DNA of 24,000 bases from an uncultured Actinomycetota bacterium (GCA_963709895.1 CAVPYD010000014.1:77693-101692), one strand, 5' to 3'. Shown: positions 1-9,171, counted from the first letter of the stretch. Program-made: numbers and translations. Notes: a model not told the origin generated them from the sequence alone.

Positions 1-324
1 GCCGAGATGCTCTGCCAGCGCGACGATGTCGGAGGCCGCGGCCGGATCATCGTAGGCGTCGAAGCTCAGGTCGCTGTCGCCCTGACCCCGCAGGTCCATC
101 GTCGCCACCCGGTAGCCGGCCGCGACCAGGGCGGGCGTGAGGTGACGGAAGGTGCTGCGCAAGTCGCCCATCCCGGGCACACCGATGATCAACGGCCCGG
201 TGCCGGACAGGTCGTACGCGATGCGGCCCTTCCCGCGGTCAAGGAAGTGGGTGTCCGGTGTCGACGCGGACGGGGCCGACGTCGATGGGGATGATGAGCT
301 GCTGGATGCTTGGCTGTTAGGCAT
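1..324 (-). CDS. alpha/beta-fold hydrolase, 5' part only (gene continues past the left edge)
   Basis: Absent from the supplied ORF track because there is no stop inside the window. My reverse-complement translation from ATG 324..322 reads MPNSQASSSSSSPSTSAPSASTPDTHFLDRGKGRIAYDLSGTGPLIIGVPGMGDLRSTFRHLTPALVAAGYRVATMDLRGQGDSDLSFDAYDDPAAASDIVALAEHLG, open to position 1. The GxGP[LIV]..G ... GYRV..D.RG.G.S layout is the usual N-terminal region of alpha/beta hydrolases. The + ORF 7..294 is its Arg/Gly-rich shadow. Confidence 0.6.
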   Translation of the reverse strand, partial: MPNSQASSSSSSPSTSAPSASTPDTHFLDRGKGRIAYDLSGTGPLIIGVPGMGDLRSTFRHLTPALVAAGYRVATMDLRGQGDSDLSFDAYDDPAAASDIVALAEHLG

Positions 325-461
325 AGCCAAAAAGCTATAGCTATTAGCTGGTGTTGTCAAGGCCTCACTCGGAGTCACGATCGTCAGGGCGACCCTAGGT
401 CGCGCGGGCGTCCGGGGCGCCGGACGGGCACAGTGAACCCGACGACTCAGATCGGAGATCG

Positions 462-962
462 ATGACCGACACCACCCCCGCAGGCGGCGGGTCCACTTCC
501 GGCTTGAAGGCGCGGCTGCGCGCCGACCTGACCACCGCCATGAAAGCCCGCGACCCGCTGACGACCGGCACCCTGCGGATGGCGCTGGCCGCAGTGACGA
601 CCGCCGAGGTTGCCGGAACCACCGCCAAGGAGTTGACCGATCAGGAGGTCATGGCCGTGCTGACCAAGGAGGTCCGCAAACGGGCCGAGGCAGCAGAGGC
701 GTTCGCCGGCGCGGGCCGGACCGAATCGGCCGAGAAGGAGCGTGCCGAGGCCGCAGTGCTGACCGCGTATCTGCCGTCACCATTGACCGACGAGGAACTC
801 GGTGCGCTGGTCGCCGAGGCGGTCGACGGGGTCGCGTCGGCTGTCGGCGGACCGGTGACCATGCGTCAGATGGGCCAGGTGATCAAGGCCGTGCAGGCCC
901 GCGCCGACGGCCGTGCGGACGGGTCGCGGGTCGCGGCGGCGGTCAAGGCCGCGCTCGCCTGA
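462..962 (+). CDS. GatB/YqeY domain-containing protein
   Basis: ORF 462..962 (166 aa) with GGAGA 4 nt upstream of the ATG. LKARLRADLTTAMKARDPLTTGTLRMALAAVTTAEV ... LTDQEVMAVLTKEVRKRAEAAEAF ... MGQVIKAVQARADGRADGSRVAAAVKAAL matches the small YqeY family as I remember it. Confidence 0.85.
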   Translation: MTDTTPAGGGSTSGLKARLRADLTTAMKARDPLTTGTLRMALAAVTTAEVAGTTAKELTDQEVMAVLTKEVRKRAEAAEAFAGAGRTESAEKERAEAAVLTAYLPSPLTDEELGALVAEAVDGVASAVGGPVTMRQMGQVIKAVQARADGRADGSRVAAAVKAALA

Positions 963-1035
963 CCCGGATGCGCGCGGTCGGTGGCGGTGCGCAAAGCTAG
1001 GGCCCGTCTCGTCCCGTCACGCTGCCGGAGGCACC

Positions 1036-2502
1036 ATGAGCGACCCTGCGACGCAACCCAAGGCCGACATCGGAGTCACCGGGCTGGCGGTGATGGGCTC
1101 CAACCTGGCGCGGAACTTTGCCAGGAACGGCTTCGTCACGGCGGTGCACAACCGGTCGTACGCGAAGACCAAGGCGCTCATTGCCGAGCACGGATCGGAC
1201 GGCGCGTTCGTGCCGTCGGAGTCGTCGGCGGATTTCGTGGCCTCGCTGGCGGTGCCGCGGAAGATCCTGATCATGGTGAAGGCCGGCGGTCCGACGGACG
1301 CGGTGATCGACGAGCTGGCCGAGCTGGTGGAGCCGGGCGACATCATCATCGACGGCGGGAACGCCAAGTTCGCCGACACCCGCCGACGGCAGGCGGCGTT
1401 GCAGGAGAAGGGGATCCACTTCGTCGGCTGCGGGGTGTCCGGCGGCGAGGAGGGTGCGTTGAACGGCCCGTCGATCATGCCGGGCGGTTCCGCGAAGTCC
1501 TACGAATCGCTCGGCCCGATCCTGGAGAAGATCTCCGCGCACGTGGACGGTGCGCCGTGTTGTACGCACATCGGCACGGACGGTGCCGGCCATTTCGTGA
1601 AGATGGTGCACAACGGCATCGAGTACGCGGACATGCAGTTGATCGCGGAGGCCTACGACCTGCTGCGCCGCGGCGCCGGGCTGTCGCCGGCGGAGATCGG
1701 CGAGACCTTCGGCGAGTGGAACAAGGGTGATCTGGACTCGTTCCTGATCGAGATCACCGCCGAGGTGCTGGCGCAGGTGGACGCGGCCACCGGCAAGCCG
1801 TTCGTGGACATCGTGCTGGACGCCGCGGGGATGAAGGGCACCGGCACCTGGACCGTGCAGACCGCGCTGGACCTGGGTATTCCGGTGTCCGGGATCGCGG
1901 AGGCGGTGTTCGCCCGCGGCCTGTCGTCGGCGACCTCGCAGCGGGCCGCGGCGCTCGGGAAGCTGCCCGGCCCGAACAGCTCATGGACGGTGAAGGACGT
2001 TCCCGCGTTCGTCGAGGACGTCCGGATCGCGCTGTACGCGTCGAAGATCGTCGCCTACGCGCAGGGCCTGGACGAGATCTTCGCCGGCGCGGCCGAGTAC
2101 GGCTGGGACATCAATGTCGGTGCGGTGGCGCGGATCTGGCGCGGCGGCTGCATCATCCGGGCGAAGTTCCTCAACCGGATCACCGAGGCCTATGACAACA
2201 CAGCCGTGGGTTCCGAAATCCCGGCGTCGTTGCTGCTCGCGCCGTACTTCACCGACGCGATCACCACGGCGCAGGATTCCTGGCGTCGGGTCGTCGCCGG
2301 CGCGGCGCAGTCCGGTATCCCGACGCCGGGATTCGCGGCGGCGCTGTCCTATTACGACGGGCTGCGTTCGGAGCGGCTGCCGGCCGCGCTGATCCAGGGC
2401 CAGCGGGACTTCTTCGGCGCGCACACCTACAAGCGCGTCGACAAGGACGGGGTGTTCCACACCCTCTGGTCCGGCGACCGCACCGAGGTGCAAACCGCCT
2501 GA
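1036..2502 (+). CDS. gnd: 6-phosphogluconate dehydrogenase, decarboxylating (NADP+)
   Basis: ORF 913..2502. I place the start at ATG 1036, with GGAGG 5 nt upstream. MSDPATQPKADIGVTGLAVMGSNLARNF is the GxxGxxG dinucleotide-binding N-terminus. Family blocks HNGIEYADMQLIAEAYDLL, GTGTWT and WRGGCIIRAKFL are present. 488 aa and intact. Confidence 0.95.
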   Translation: MSDPATQPKADIGVTGLAVMGSNLARNFARNGFVTAVHNRSYAKTKALIAEHGSDGAFVPSESSADFVASLAVPRKILIMVKAGGPTDAVIDELAELVEPGDIIIDGGNAKFADTRRRQAALQEKGIHFVGCGVSGGEEGALNGPSIMPGGSAKSYESLGPILEKISAHVDGAPCCTHIGTDGAGHFVKMVHNGIEYADMQLIAEAYDLLRRGAGLSPAEIGETFGEWNKGDLDSFLIEITAEVLAQVDAATGKPFVDIVLDAAGMKGTGTWTVQTALDLGIPVSGIAEAVFARGLSSATSQRAAALGKLPGPNSSWTVKDVPAFVEDVRIALYASKIVAYAQGLDEIFAGAAEYGWDINVGAVARIWRGGCIIRAKFLNRITEAYDNTAVGSEIPASLLLAPYFTDAITTAQDSWRRVVAGAAQSGIPTPGFAAALSYYDGLRSERLPAALIQGQRDFFGAHTYKRVDKDGVFHTLWSGDRTEVQTA

Positions 2503-2517
2503 CCGCGCCCCCTTTTC

Positions 2518-2598
2518 GGCGCGGATCAACTTCGCCGGCGCGGATCAAATCGTTCGGTTCTGTCACTCAGGTCCCAAAACCGCGACGATGATCCGCGC
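2518..2598. repeat. left structured inverted-repeat end (GCGCGGATCAA copies in + + - orientation)
   Basis: GGCGCGGATCAAC 2518-2530, GGCGCGGATCAAA 2537-2549 and the inverted copy TGATCCGCGC 2589-2598. Positions 2518-2548 match the reverse complement of 3986-4016 at 29/31. Confidence 0.8.
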
Positions 2599-2713
2599 GA
2601 CGGGCGGGGCTGGTTTCGTGCTGGAGCTCGCTGATGACTGCCGATGTCTACTGCGATGACTACTGCGGCTCGGCTGACGCTCGAGCCCGGGCCGGAGCGG
2701 GATTGTCGGTGCC

Positions 2714-3710
2714 TCACGCCGCCCAAGGTGGGGTCAGCGTCCAGCACGTCGGCGCCGGCTGCCCTGACCGGAGCCTCGCCGCCTCCTGGGCCCGCCGGAC
2801 GATTTCCGCCGGCCGGGCCATTGCCAGACTCCAGCCGTACCTCGCTATGCCGAATGAGAGGGAGCGGAGCAGTCGCTCCCGATCCCGGTCGGCCCGGACG
2901 AGCGCCGCGGCATCGAGCCGGTTGTCGTATTTCACCGCACCATCGGCCTCCAGGATCACCCCCTGCTCCGGCAGCAAGTGGTCGGCCCGGAACCACTGCC
3001 CGGCCACCGGGATCCAGGCATTCGACACCGGCGCGGGCAATCCGGCGCTGAGAAAAGCGAAGCGCCCCAACGACTCCAGCGGGCTCTCGGCGCGCGGGTC
3101 AGCATGCTCGACGACCCACCTCGCGGATTCGATGCCCGGGTAGCTCTCCATGTTGGCGACGATGTTCGCGAGGACCTCCCGATGCACGCCGGACGCGAGA
3201 ACCCTGTCCGCAACGACGATTCCGTCGCGCGTTCCGTAGTGCCGGGCAATGTCGATCACGGCATACGCCGGACTTACCGTGAACACCCGACCGCGCCGTG
3301 TCTGATGGGAAGGCGGCAGGTAGCCGTGACGGACCCGGCCGTACGGCGAGCGATCGTGCCCGATGTGCGCGTTTCCCGGCCGCAGGGCTGTCGGGCGGTC
3401 CGGTGGATCACCCACCATCGGGATCTCCAGCACGGCCGCAGCGGCAGCGCCCGTCAGGAAGGTGTCCGGACCGGCAGGACAAGCTGAAGGCGATCGAACG
3501 CAGTCGGAAGGCTTCCCACGGCGCGGCCGCCTGGAGGGTCGCGGTCGAGACGAACGCGGCCTTGCCCAGTCGGGTGAGCTCGCCGCGGTCAGCCGACCGG
3601 CGAAGCACCGACCTCGGAATTCCGGCCGCCTCCGCGTCCCGCGCCAGGATCACCGGGCCATGGTGGACGAACAAAGCCGCAACCTGTCGGCGGTCAGCCA
3701 CAATCCGCAT
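2714..3710 (-). pseudogene. winged-helix (AbiEi_4-like) N-terminal domain + DUF559 / PD-(D/E)xK endonuclease-like C-terminal domain protein, one frameshift as sequenced
   Basis: ORFs 3408..3710 (MRIVADRRQVAALFVHHGPVILARDAEAAGIPRSVLRRSADRGELTRLGKAAFV...) and 2714..3433 (...ESPLESLGRFAFLSAGLPAPVSN...RADHLLPEQGVILEADGAVKYDN...DRDRERLLRSLSFGIARYGW) are the two halves of the common actinobacterial ~330-aa family. Both frames are open across 3434-3480, and a +1 base in that stretch joins them (..FSLSC|GPDTFLTGAAAAAVLEIPMVG..). The family assignment is from memory of its signatures. Confidence 0.6.
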
Positions 3711-3767
3711 GCCGCGACCCTGCGAGCCGAACCCGCGTCGGCGTCCAAAGGTCCGTCACCGATTTGT

Positions 3768-3920
3768 GGACAACTCGAGGGGTGGGGACAACTCCGGAGG
3801 ACAAGTCAGCTTCCTGACGGGCTCGCGGCCGCTGGTCGATGGCCTCAGTGCCCTGTGGTCAACGGACTCGGGCCCCGGTCGTCAATGGAGTCATGGCGTC
3901 AATGGACCGTAGCTCAATGA
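3768..3920 (+). repeat. two sets of short same-orientation direct repeats (iteron-like) upstream of the DUF559 gene
   Basis: GGACAACTC 3768-3776, GGACAACTC 3786-3794, GGACAAGTC 3799-3807. GTCAACGGACTC 3858-3869, GTCAATGGAGTC 3881-3892, GTCAATGGACC 3898-3908, TCAATGA 3914-3920. Confidence 0.7.
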
Positions 3921-3935
3921 CACTGCCCCACATCC

Positions 3936-4016
3936 GCGCGGATCAAATCGGCTACTCCAGCCCCACCAGTCCCACAACCGCCACGTTGACCCGCGCCGGC
4001 GATGTTGATCCGCGCC
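3936..4016. repeat. right structured inverted-repeat end (GCGCGGATCAA copies in + - - orientation)
   Basis: GCGCGGATCAAATCG 3936-3950 is an identical 15-mer to 2538-2552. GTTGACCCGCGCC lies at 3985-3997. GTTGATCCGCGCC at 4004-4016 is the exact reverse complement of 2518-2530. The span is 81 nt, the same as the left end. Confidence 0.8.
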
Positions 4017-4100
4017 AACGGGGGCGGGCGGGAACGGGGGACGGGCGCAGCGCGCACACCAGGGCACGCCGCCGCGGAGCCGCGCACTAACCTGATCGGA

Positions 4101-5937
4101 ATGAGCTCTCCCGTCCTCACCGCGGTGGCCTGGCCCTACGCCAACGGCCCCCGCCACATCGGCCACGTGTCCGGGTTCGGCGTCCCCGCCGACGTCTTCT
4201 CCCGCTACCAGCGGATGGCGGGGAACGACGTCCTGATGGTGTCCGGGACGGACGAGCACGGCACCCCGATCCTGGTGCAGGCGGACGCCGAGGGCGTCAC
4301 CGCGCGCGAACTCGCCGACCGGTACAACCGCGTCATCGTGCAGGACCTGCAGGGTCTCGGGCTGTCCTACGACCTGTTCACCCGCACCTCCACCCGCAAC
4401 CACTACGCCGTGGTCCAGGAAATGTTCCGCACCGTGCACCGCAACGGCTACCTGGTGGCCAAGACGACGATGTCGGCCATCTCGCCGTCGACCGGCCGCA
4501 CCCTGCCCGACCGGTACATCGAGGGAACCTGCCCGATCTGCGGGTACGACGGAGCGCGCGGCGACCAGTGCGACAACTGCGGCAACCAGCTCGATCCCAT
4601 CGACCTGATCAACCCGCGGTCCAAGATCAACGGCGAGACACCGATCTTCACCGAGTCCGAGCACCTGTTCCTCGACCTTCCCGCGCTCGCGCAGGCGCTG
4701 GGGGACTGGCTACGGACCCGGAACGACTGGCGCCCCAACGTGTTGCGGTTCTCCCTCAACCTGCTCGACGACCTGCGGCCGCAGAGCGATGACCCGGGAC
4801 ATCGACTGGGGCATCCCGGTGCCGCTGGACGGCTGGCGCGAACGCCCGGACAAGAAGCTGTACGTCTGGTTCGACGCCGTCATCGGGTACCTCTCGGCGT
4901 CCATCGAGTGGGCGCGCCGGTACGGCGATCACGGCCGGCCGGACCCCGACGCCTGGGAGAAGTGGTGGTCGCCGGACAGCGCGGGTGCCCGTGCCTACTA
5001 CTTCATGGGCAAGGACAACATCACCTTCCATTCGCAGATCTGGCCGGCCGAGTTGCTCGCCTACGACGGCAAGGGTGAGCGCGGCGGCGCCCCCGGCCGG
5101 CTGGGCACGCTCAACCTGCCGACCGAGGTCGTCTCCAGCGAGTTCCTGACGATGAGCGGCTCCAAGTTCTCCACCTCCCGCAAGACGGTGATCTACGTCG
5201 GCGACTTCCTGCGCGAGTACGGCCCCGATTCGCTCAGGTACTTCATCGCCGTCGCCGGGCCGGAGACCCAGGACGCCGACTTCACCTGGGAAGAGTTCGT
5301 GCGGCGCAACAACTTCGAACTCGCCAATGAATGGGGGAACCTGGTCAATCGGTCGATCTCCATGGCGCACCGCAATTTCGGCCAGATCCCCACCCCGGCA
5401 ACGCTTTCCGAGATCGACGCCGAACTGCTGAGGGCATCGGCCCAGGGGTTCGAGACGGTCGGAGATCTGTTGGCGCGCAGCCGGTTCAAGGCGGCCTCCG
5501 GCGAGGCGATGCGCATCGTGAGTCTGGCCAACAAGTACATCTCGGAGTCCGAGCCGTGGAAGCTGGGCGACGACCCGGAACGGCAGGGCACCGTGCTGCA
5601 CACCGCCCTGCAGGTGGTCGACGACGCGAAAACCCTGTTGACGCCGTTCATTCCGCATTCAGCTCAGCAGGTCTTCACCGCGTTGGGCGGTGCCGGGGTG
5701 TGGGCCGCGCAACCGGAGATTCGTGAGGTCACCGATTTCGCCGACGATGTCGAGGGGATCGGCGTCCCCGAGGTGGTCGACTACCCCGTTCTCACCGGCG
5801 ATTACGCCGCCGAGCAGGCGGTGTGGGCCCGCCGGGACATCGAACCCGGCCGACCGCTGGCCAAGCCGACTCCGCTGTTCAGCAAGCTGGATCCGAAACT
5901 CGGGGAGACCGGCCCGCCGTGGGCGCCGGTCGGCTGA
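4101..5937 (+). CDS. metG: methionine--tRNA ligase, frameshifted as sequenced (+1 near 4779-4789)
   Basis: ORF 4002..5078 from ATG 4101 reads [25 protein letters not shown] (HIGH motif) ... [18 protein letters not shown] (Zn knuckle) ... [15 protein letters not shown]. It continues in the +1 frame as ORF 4789..5937, [12 protein letters not shown] ... [10 protein letters not shown] (KMSKS-type loop). The hexamer TAACCT at 4088-4093 sits about 7 nt before the ATG, so the mRNA could be leaderless. Confidence 0.9.
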
Positions 5938-5953
5938 TCGGCAGGACACCGAT

Positions 5954-6857
5954 GTGGGACGAGCGGCCGATGCACCCGCAACGACGACTGCCACCACCGG
6001 GCCACACCCGGTGACGGGCGACGTCCACCCGGCGGTCGCCGACCGCCCGCTGGCTCCGGCGCCCGAGCCGCTGCCCGCGCCGGTCATCGACGCGCACACC
6101 CACCTGGACGCCTGCGGCTGTGCGACGCCGGACGACGTCGCAGCGGCGATGGCCCGGGCGGCAGCGGTCGGGGTGCGGGGCGTCGTCACCGTGGCGGACG
6201 ATCTGGCGTCCGCCCGCTGGGTGGTGCGGGCGGCCGGCTGGCACCCCGCGGTGTACGCCGCAGTCGGGCTGCACCCGACCAGGGCGGACCAGCTGGACGA
6301 CGCTGCCCGCGCCGAGCTCGAGTTGCTGGCCACCGACCCGAAGGTGGTCGCCATCGGCGAGACCGGACTGGACTACTACTGGGACTACGCCGGCCCGGCC
6401 GACCAGGCGGCGGCGTTCGCCTGGCACATCGACCTGGCGAAGCGGCTGGGCAAGCCGCTGATGATTCACGACCGGGACGCGCACGCCGACGTGCTGGCGA
6501 TGCTGCGGAGCCGAGGGCCCGCCGGACACGGTGATCTTCCACTGCTTCTCCGGTGACGCCGCGATGGCCGCGGAATGCGCCGAGGCCGGCTACGTGGTCT
6601 CGTTCGCGGGACCGGTGAGTTTCCGCAATGCCCGGGCGCTCGTCGAAGCGGCGAGGGTGGTGCCGGACGGGTTGCTGATGGTCGAGACCGACGCGCCGTT
6701 CCTCACCCCACACCCGTTCCGGGGCAAGCGGAATGAGCCGTTCGCGCTGCCCTACACGGTGCGTGCGCTGGCCGGGATCCGGTCGGTTGCGTTGGACCAG
6801 CTGTGTAATTCGGTGATGCTCACCACACGAAATGTGTACGGTCTGCCCGATTTGTGA
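5954..6857 (+). CDS. tatD: TatD family metal-dependent hydrolase/DNase, frameshifted as sequenced (+1 near 6512-6520)
   Basis: ORF 5690..6556 contains PVIDAHTHLDACG ... AIGETGLDYYWDY ... KPLMIHDRDAHADVLAMLRS. It continues in another frame as ORF 6531..6857, (TV)IFHCFSGD ... LLMVETDAPFLTPHPFRGKRNEP. The start is uncertain: GTG 5954 (AGGA 9 nt upstream) or GTG 6011. Confidence 0.85.
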
Positions 6858-6922
6858 CGAATTCCCTGTCGACTCATCGTCACGTTGTCCGAGTCATGAC
6901 CGTTATGCACGGCTCGGGTTGG

Positions 6923-6978
6923 TTGCCTCGCTGTGCCCTCGCCGTTACCCTCCTGTGATAACAGCCGGGATGGGGAAG
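6923..6978 (+). promoter_or_regulatory. predicted sigma-A-type promoter of rpf copy 1 plus conserved leader-start block
   Basis: TTGCCT (6923-6928) - 17 nt - TACCCT (6946-6951). Then GTGATAACAGCCGGGATGGGGAAG (6955-6978). The block CCGTTAYNNT....GTGATARMAGCYGGGATGGGR recurs before copies 2 and 3. Confidence 0.55.
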
Positions 6979-7207
6979 TTCCGGGTGCGTCAGGGGCAGG
7001 ACTGGTCGGCATCGATGCCGGCGCGGCGTCAGTCCGCGCTGGTCGATGGGGACGAGCCCTGCCTTTTGTGTGCCGCGCGGCGCCTTCGGTGGCCCGTGGC
7101 CGCTGGCGCGCCCTGTCGCCTGCCCGGGCGCTTCGACGTTCGGACGTGATGTGACCTCAGCCAGCGATCAGGTAGGCGCCCAGCACAGCGGTGACGATGC
7201 ACCGGGC

Positions 7208-8688
<1,481 letters not shown>

Positions 8689-8701
8689 CCGCGCAGCTCT
8701 C

Positions 8702-8741
8702 CACGAGGGGCCCGTGCCGCCGGCGGCACGGGCCCCTCGTG
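8702..8741 (+). terminator. perfect 40-bp palindrome / hairpin 14 nt after the rpf copy 1 stop
   Basis: CACGAGGGGCCCGTGCCGCC|GGCGGCACGGGCCCCTCGTG. There is no U tract, which is common for actinobacterial terminators. Confidence 0.55.
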
Positions 8742-8774
8742 CTGTCAGTACCGACCGGCGCCCGCCGGCCCGTC

Positions 8775-8806
8775 GATCTCCCTGAAGGGCGATCTCCCTG
8801 AAGGTC
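8775..8806. repeat. 16-bp tandem duplication
   Basis: GATCTCCCTGAAGGGC (8775-8790) and GATCTCCCTGAAGGTC (8791-8806), 15/16 identical. Confidence 0.9.
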
Positions 8807-8893
8807 GACGTCACCGACGGGCCGATTCGTCACGTCCCTGGGTGCGAAGCACGCCGGAACGAGGCGTGGCGACACCGTCAGGCACTCTGCTTG

Positions 8894-8911
8894 GTCACGG
8901 CCGTCACGACA
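8894..8911 (+). promoter_or_regulatory. tandem 9-mers GTCACGGCC GTCACGACA (MtrA-box-like direct repeat)
   Basis: These resemble the GTCACAgcg direct-repeat box I recall for mycobacterial MtrA. They lie about 240 bp upstream of the copy 2 promoter in a GTCAC/GTGAC-rich spacer. The call rests on sequence resemblance only. Confidence 0.2.
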
Positions 8912-8970
8912 GCTGTGGTAACAGCGCGCGACCACCGACGCGGCTGTCACTACCCGGATGCCGTGCACCT

Positions 8971-9022
8971 GAAACGTGACGGCGGTCACCCTGCGGGGCC
9001 GGAAAACGTGACCGCGGCCACC
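8971..9022 (+). repeat. two 20-21-nt direct repeats, each containing GTGAC-N4-G(T/C)CAC
   Basis: GAAACGTGACGGCGGTCACC (8971-8990) and GAAAACGTGACCGCGGCCACC (9002-9022). GAAACGTGA also occurs at 11221-11229 upstream of copy 3. Confidence 0.7.
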
Positions 9023-9113
9023 GGATCCGCCATCCTCCGCGGCGCGAATGTGGCGGGCGCCACAAAACGCGTGAGATTTCGGTGAGGCCTGCACCACAAT
9101 TCCCACACAGGGG

Positions 9114-9171
9114 TATCACAAACGTTGCGGGTCCGTTATTGTTTCGTGATAGCAGCTGGGATGGGAAATCA
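9114..9171 (+). promoter_or_regulatory. predicted promoter of rpf copy 2 (good -10, poor -35) plus conserved leader-start block
   Basis: The -10 is TATTGT (9137-9142), inside the conserved CCGTTATTGT. The hexamer 17 nt upstream is TATCAC (9114-9119). The homologous TTGCGG (9125-9130) is only 6 nt from the -10. Then GTGATAGCAGCTGGGATGGGAAATCA (9146-9171), which matches copy 3 at 33/37 over the block by my count. Confidence 0.45.

Larger units (their letters stand above)
2518..4016. mobile_element. candidate TIR-bounded cassette (1,499 bp) carrying only the wHTH-DUF559 gene; no recognisable transposase or integrase
   Basis: Mirror-image 81-nt ends, subterminal direct repeats at both ends, one internal gene, and a location in a spacer between two housekeeping genes. 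Mobility is inference only, and I found no clean target-site duplication. Confidence 0.3.

Noticed and set aside
913-1035. N-terminal extensions suggested by the longest ORFs (gnd from 913, metG from 4002, rsmA from 12790, rplY from 21942, hydrolase from 17883, tatD from 5690, rpf1 from 7046)
   Set aside because: The extensions are Arg/Pro-rich, lack homology-like sequence and overlap upstream genes or terminators. Internal starts with Shine-Dalgarno motifs give N-termini that match the families.
2538-3950. The 15-nt direct repeat GCGCGGATCAAATCG as attL/attR of an integrase-mobilised island
   Set aside because: There is no integrase or tRNA target. A single 15-mer repeat is not very improbable in G+C-rich DNA on its own. 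The mirror-image multi-copy ends fit the data better, as described in the first finding.
7146-7154. Minimal start-stop uORF (ATG TGA within ..ATGTGAC..) just before candidate GTG starts of copy 1 (7149-7154) and copy 3 (11498-11503)
   Set aside because: The shared 7-mer is short, copy 2 lacks it, and the start codons themselves are uncertain, so the evidence is insufficient.
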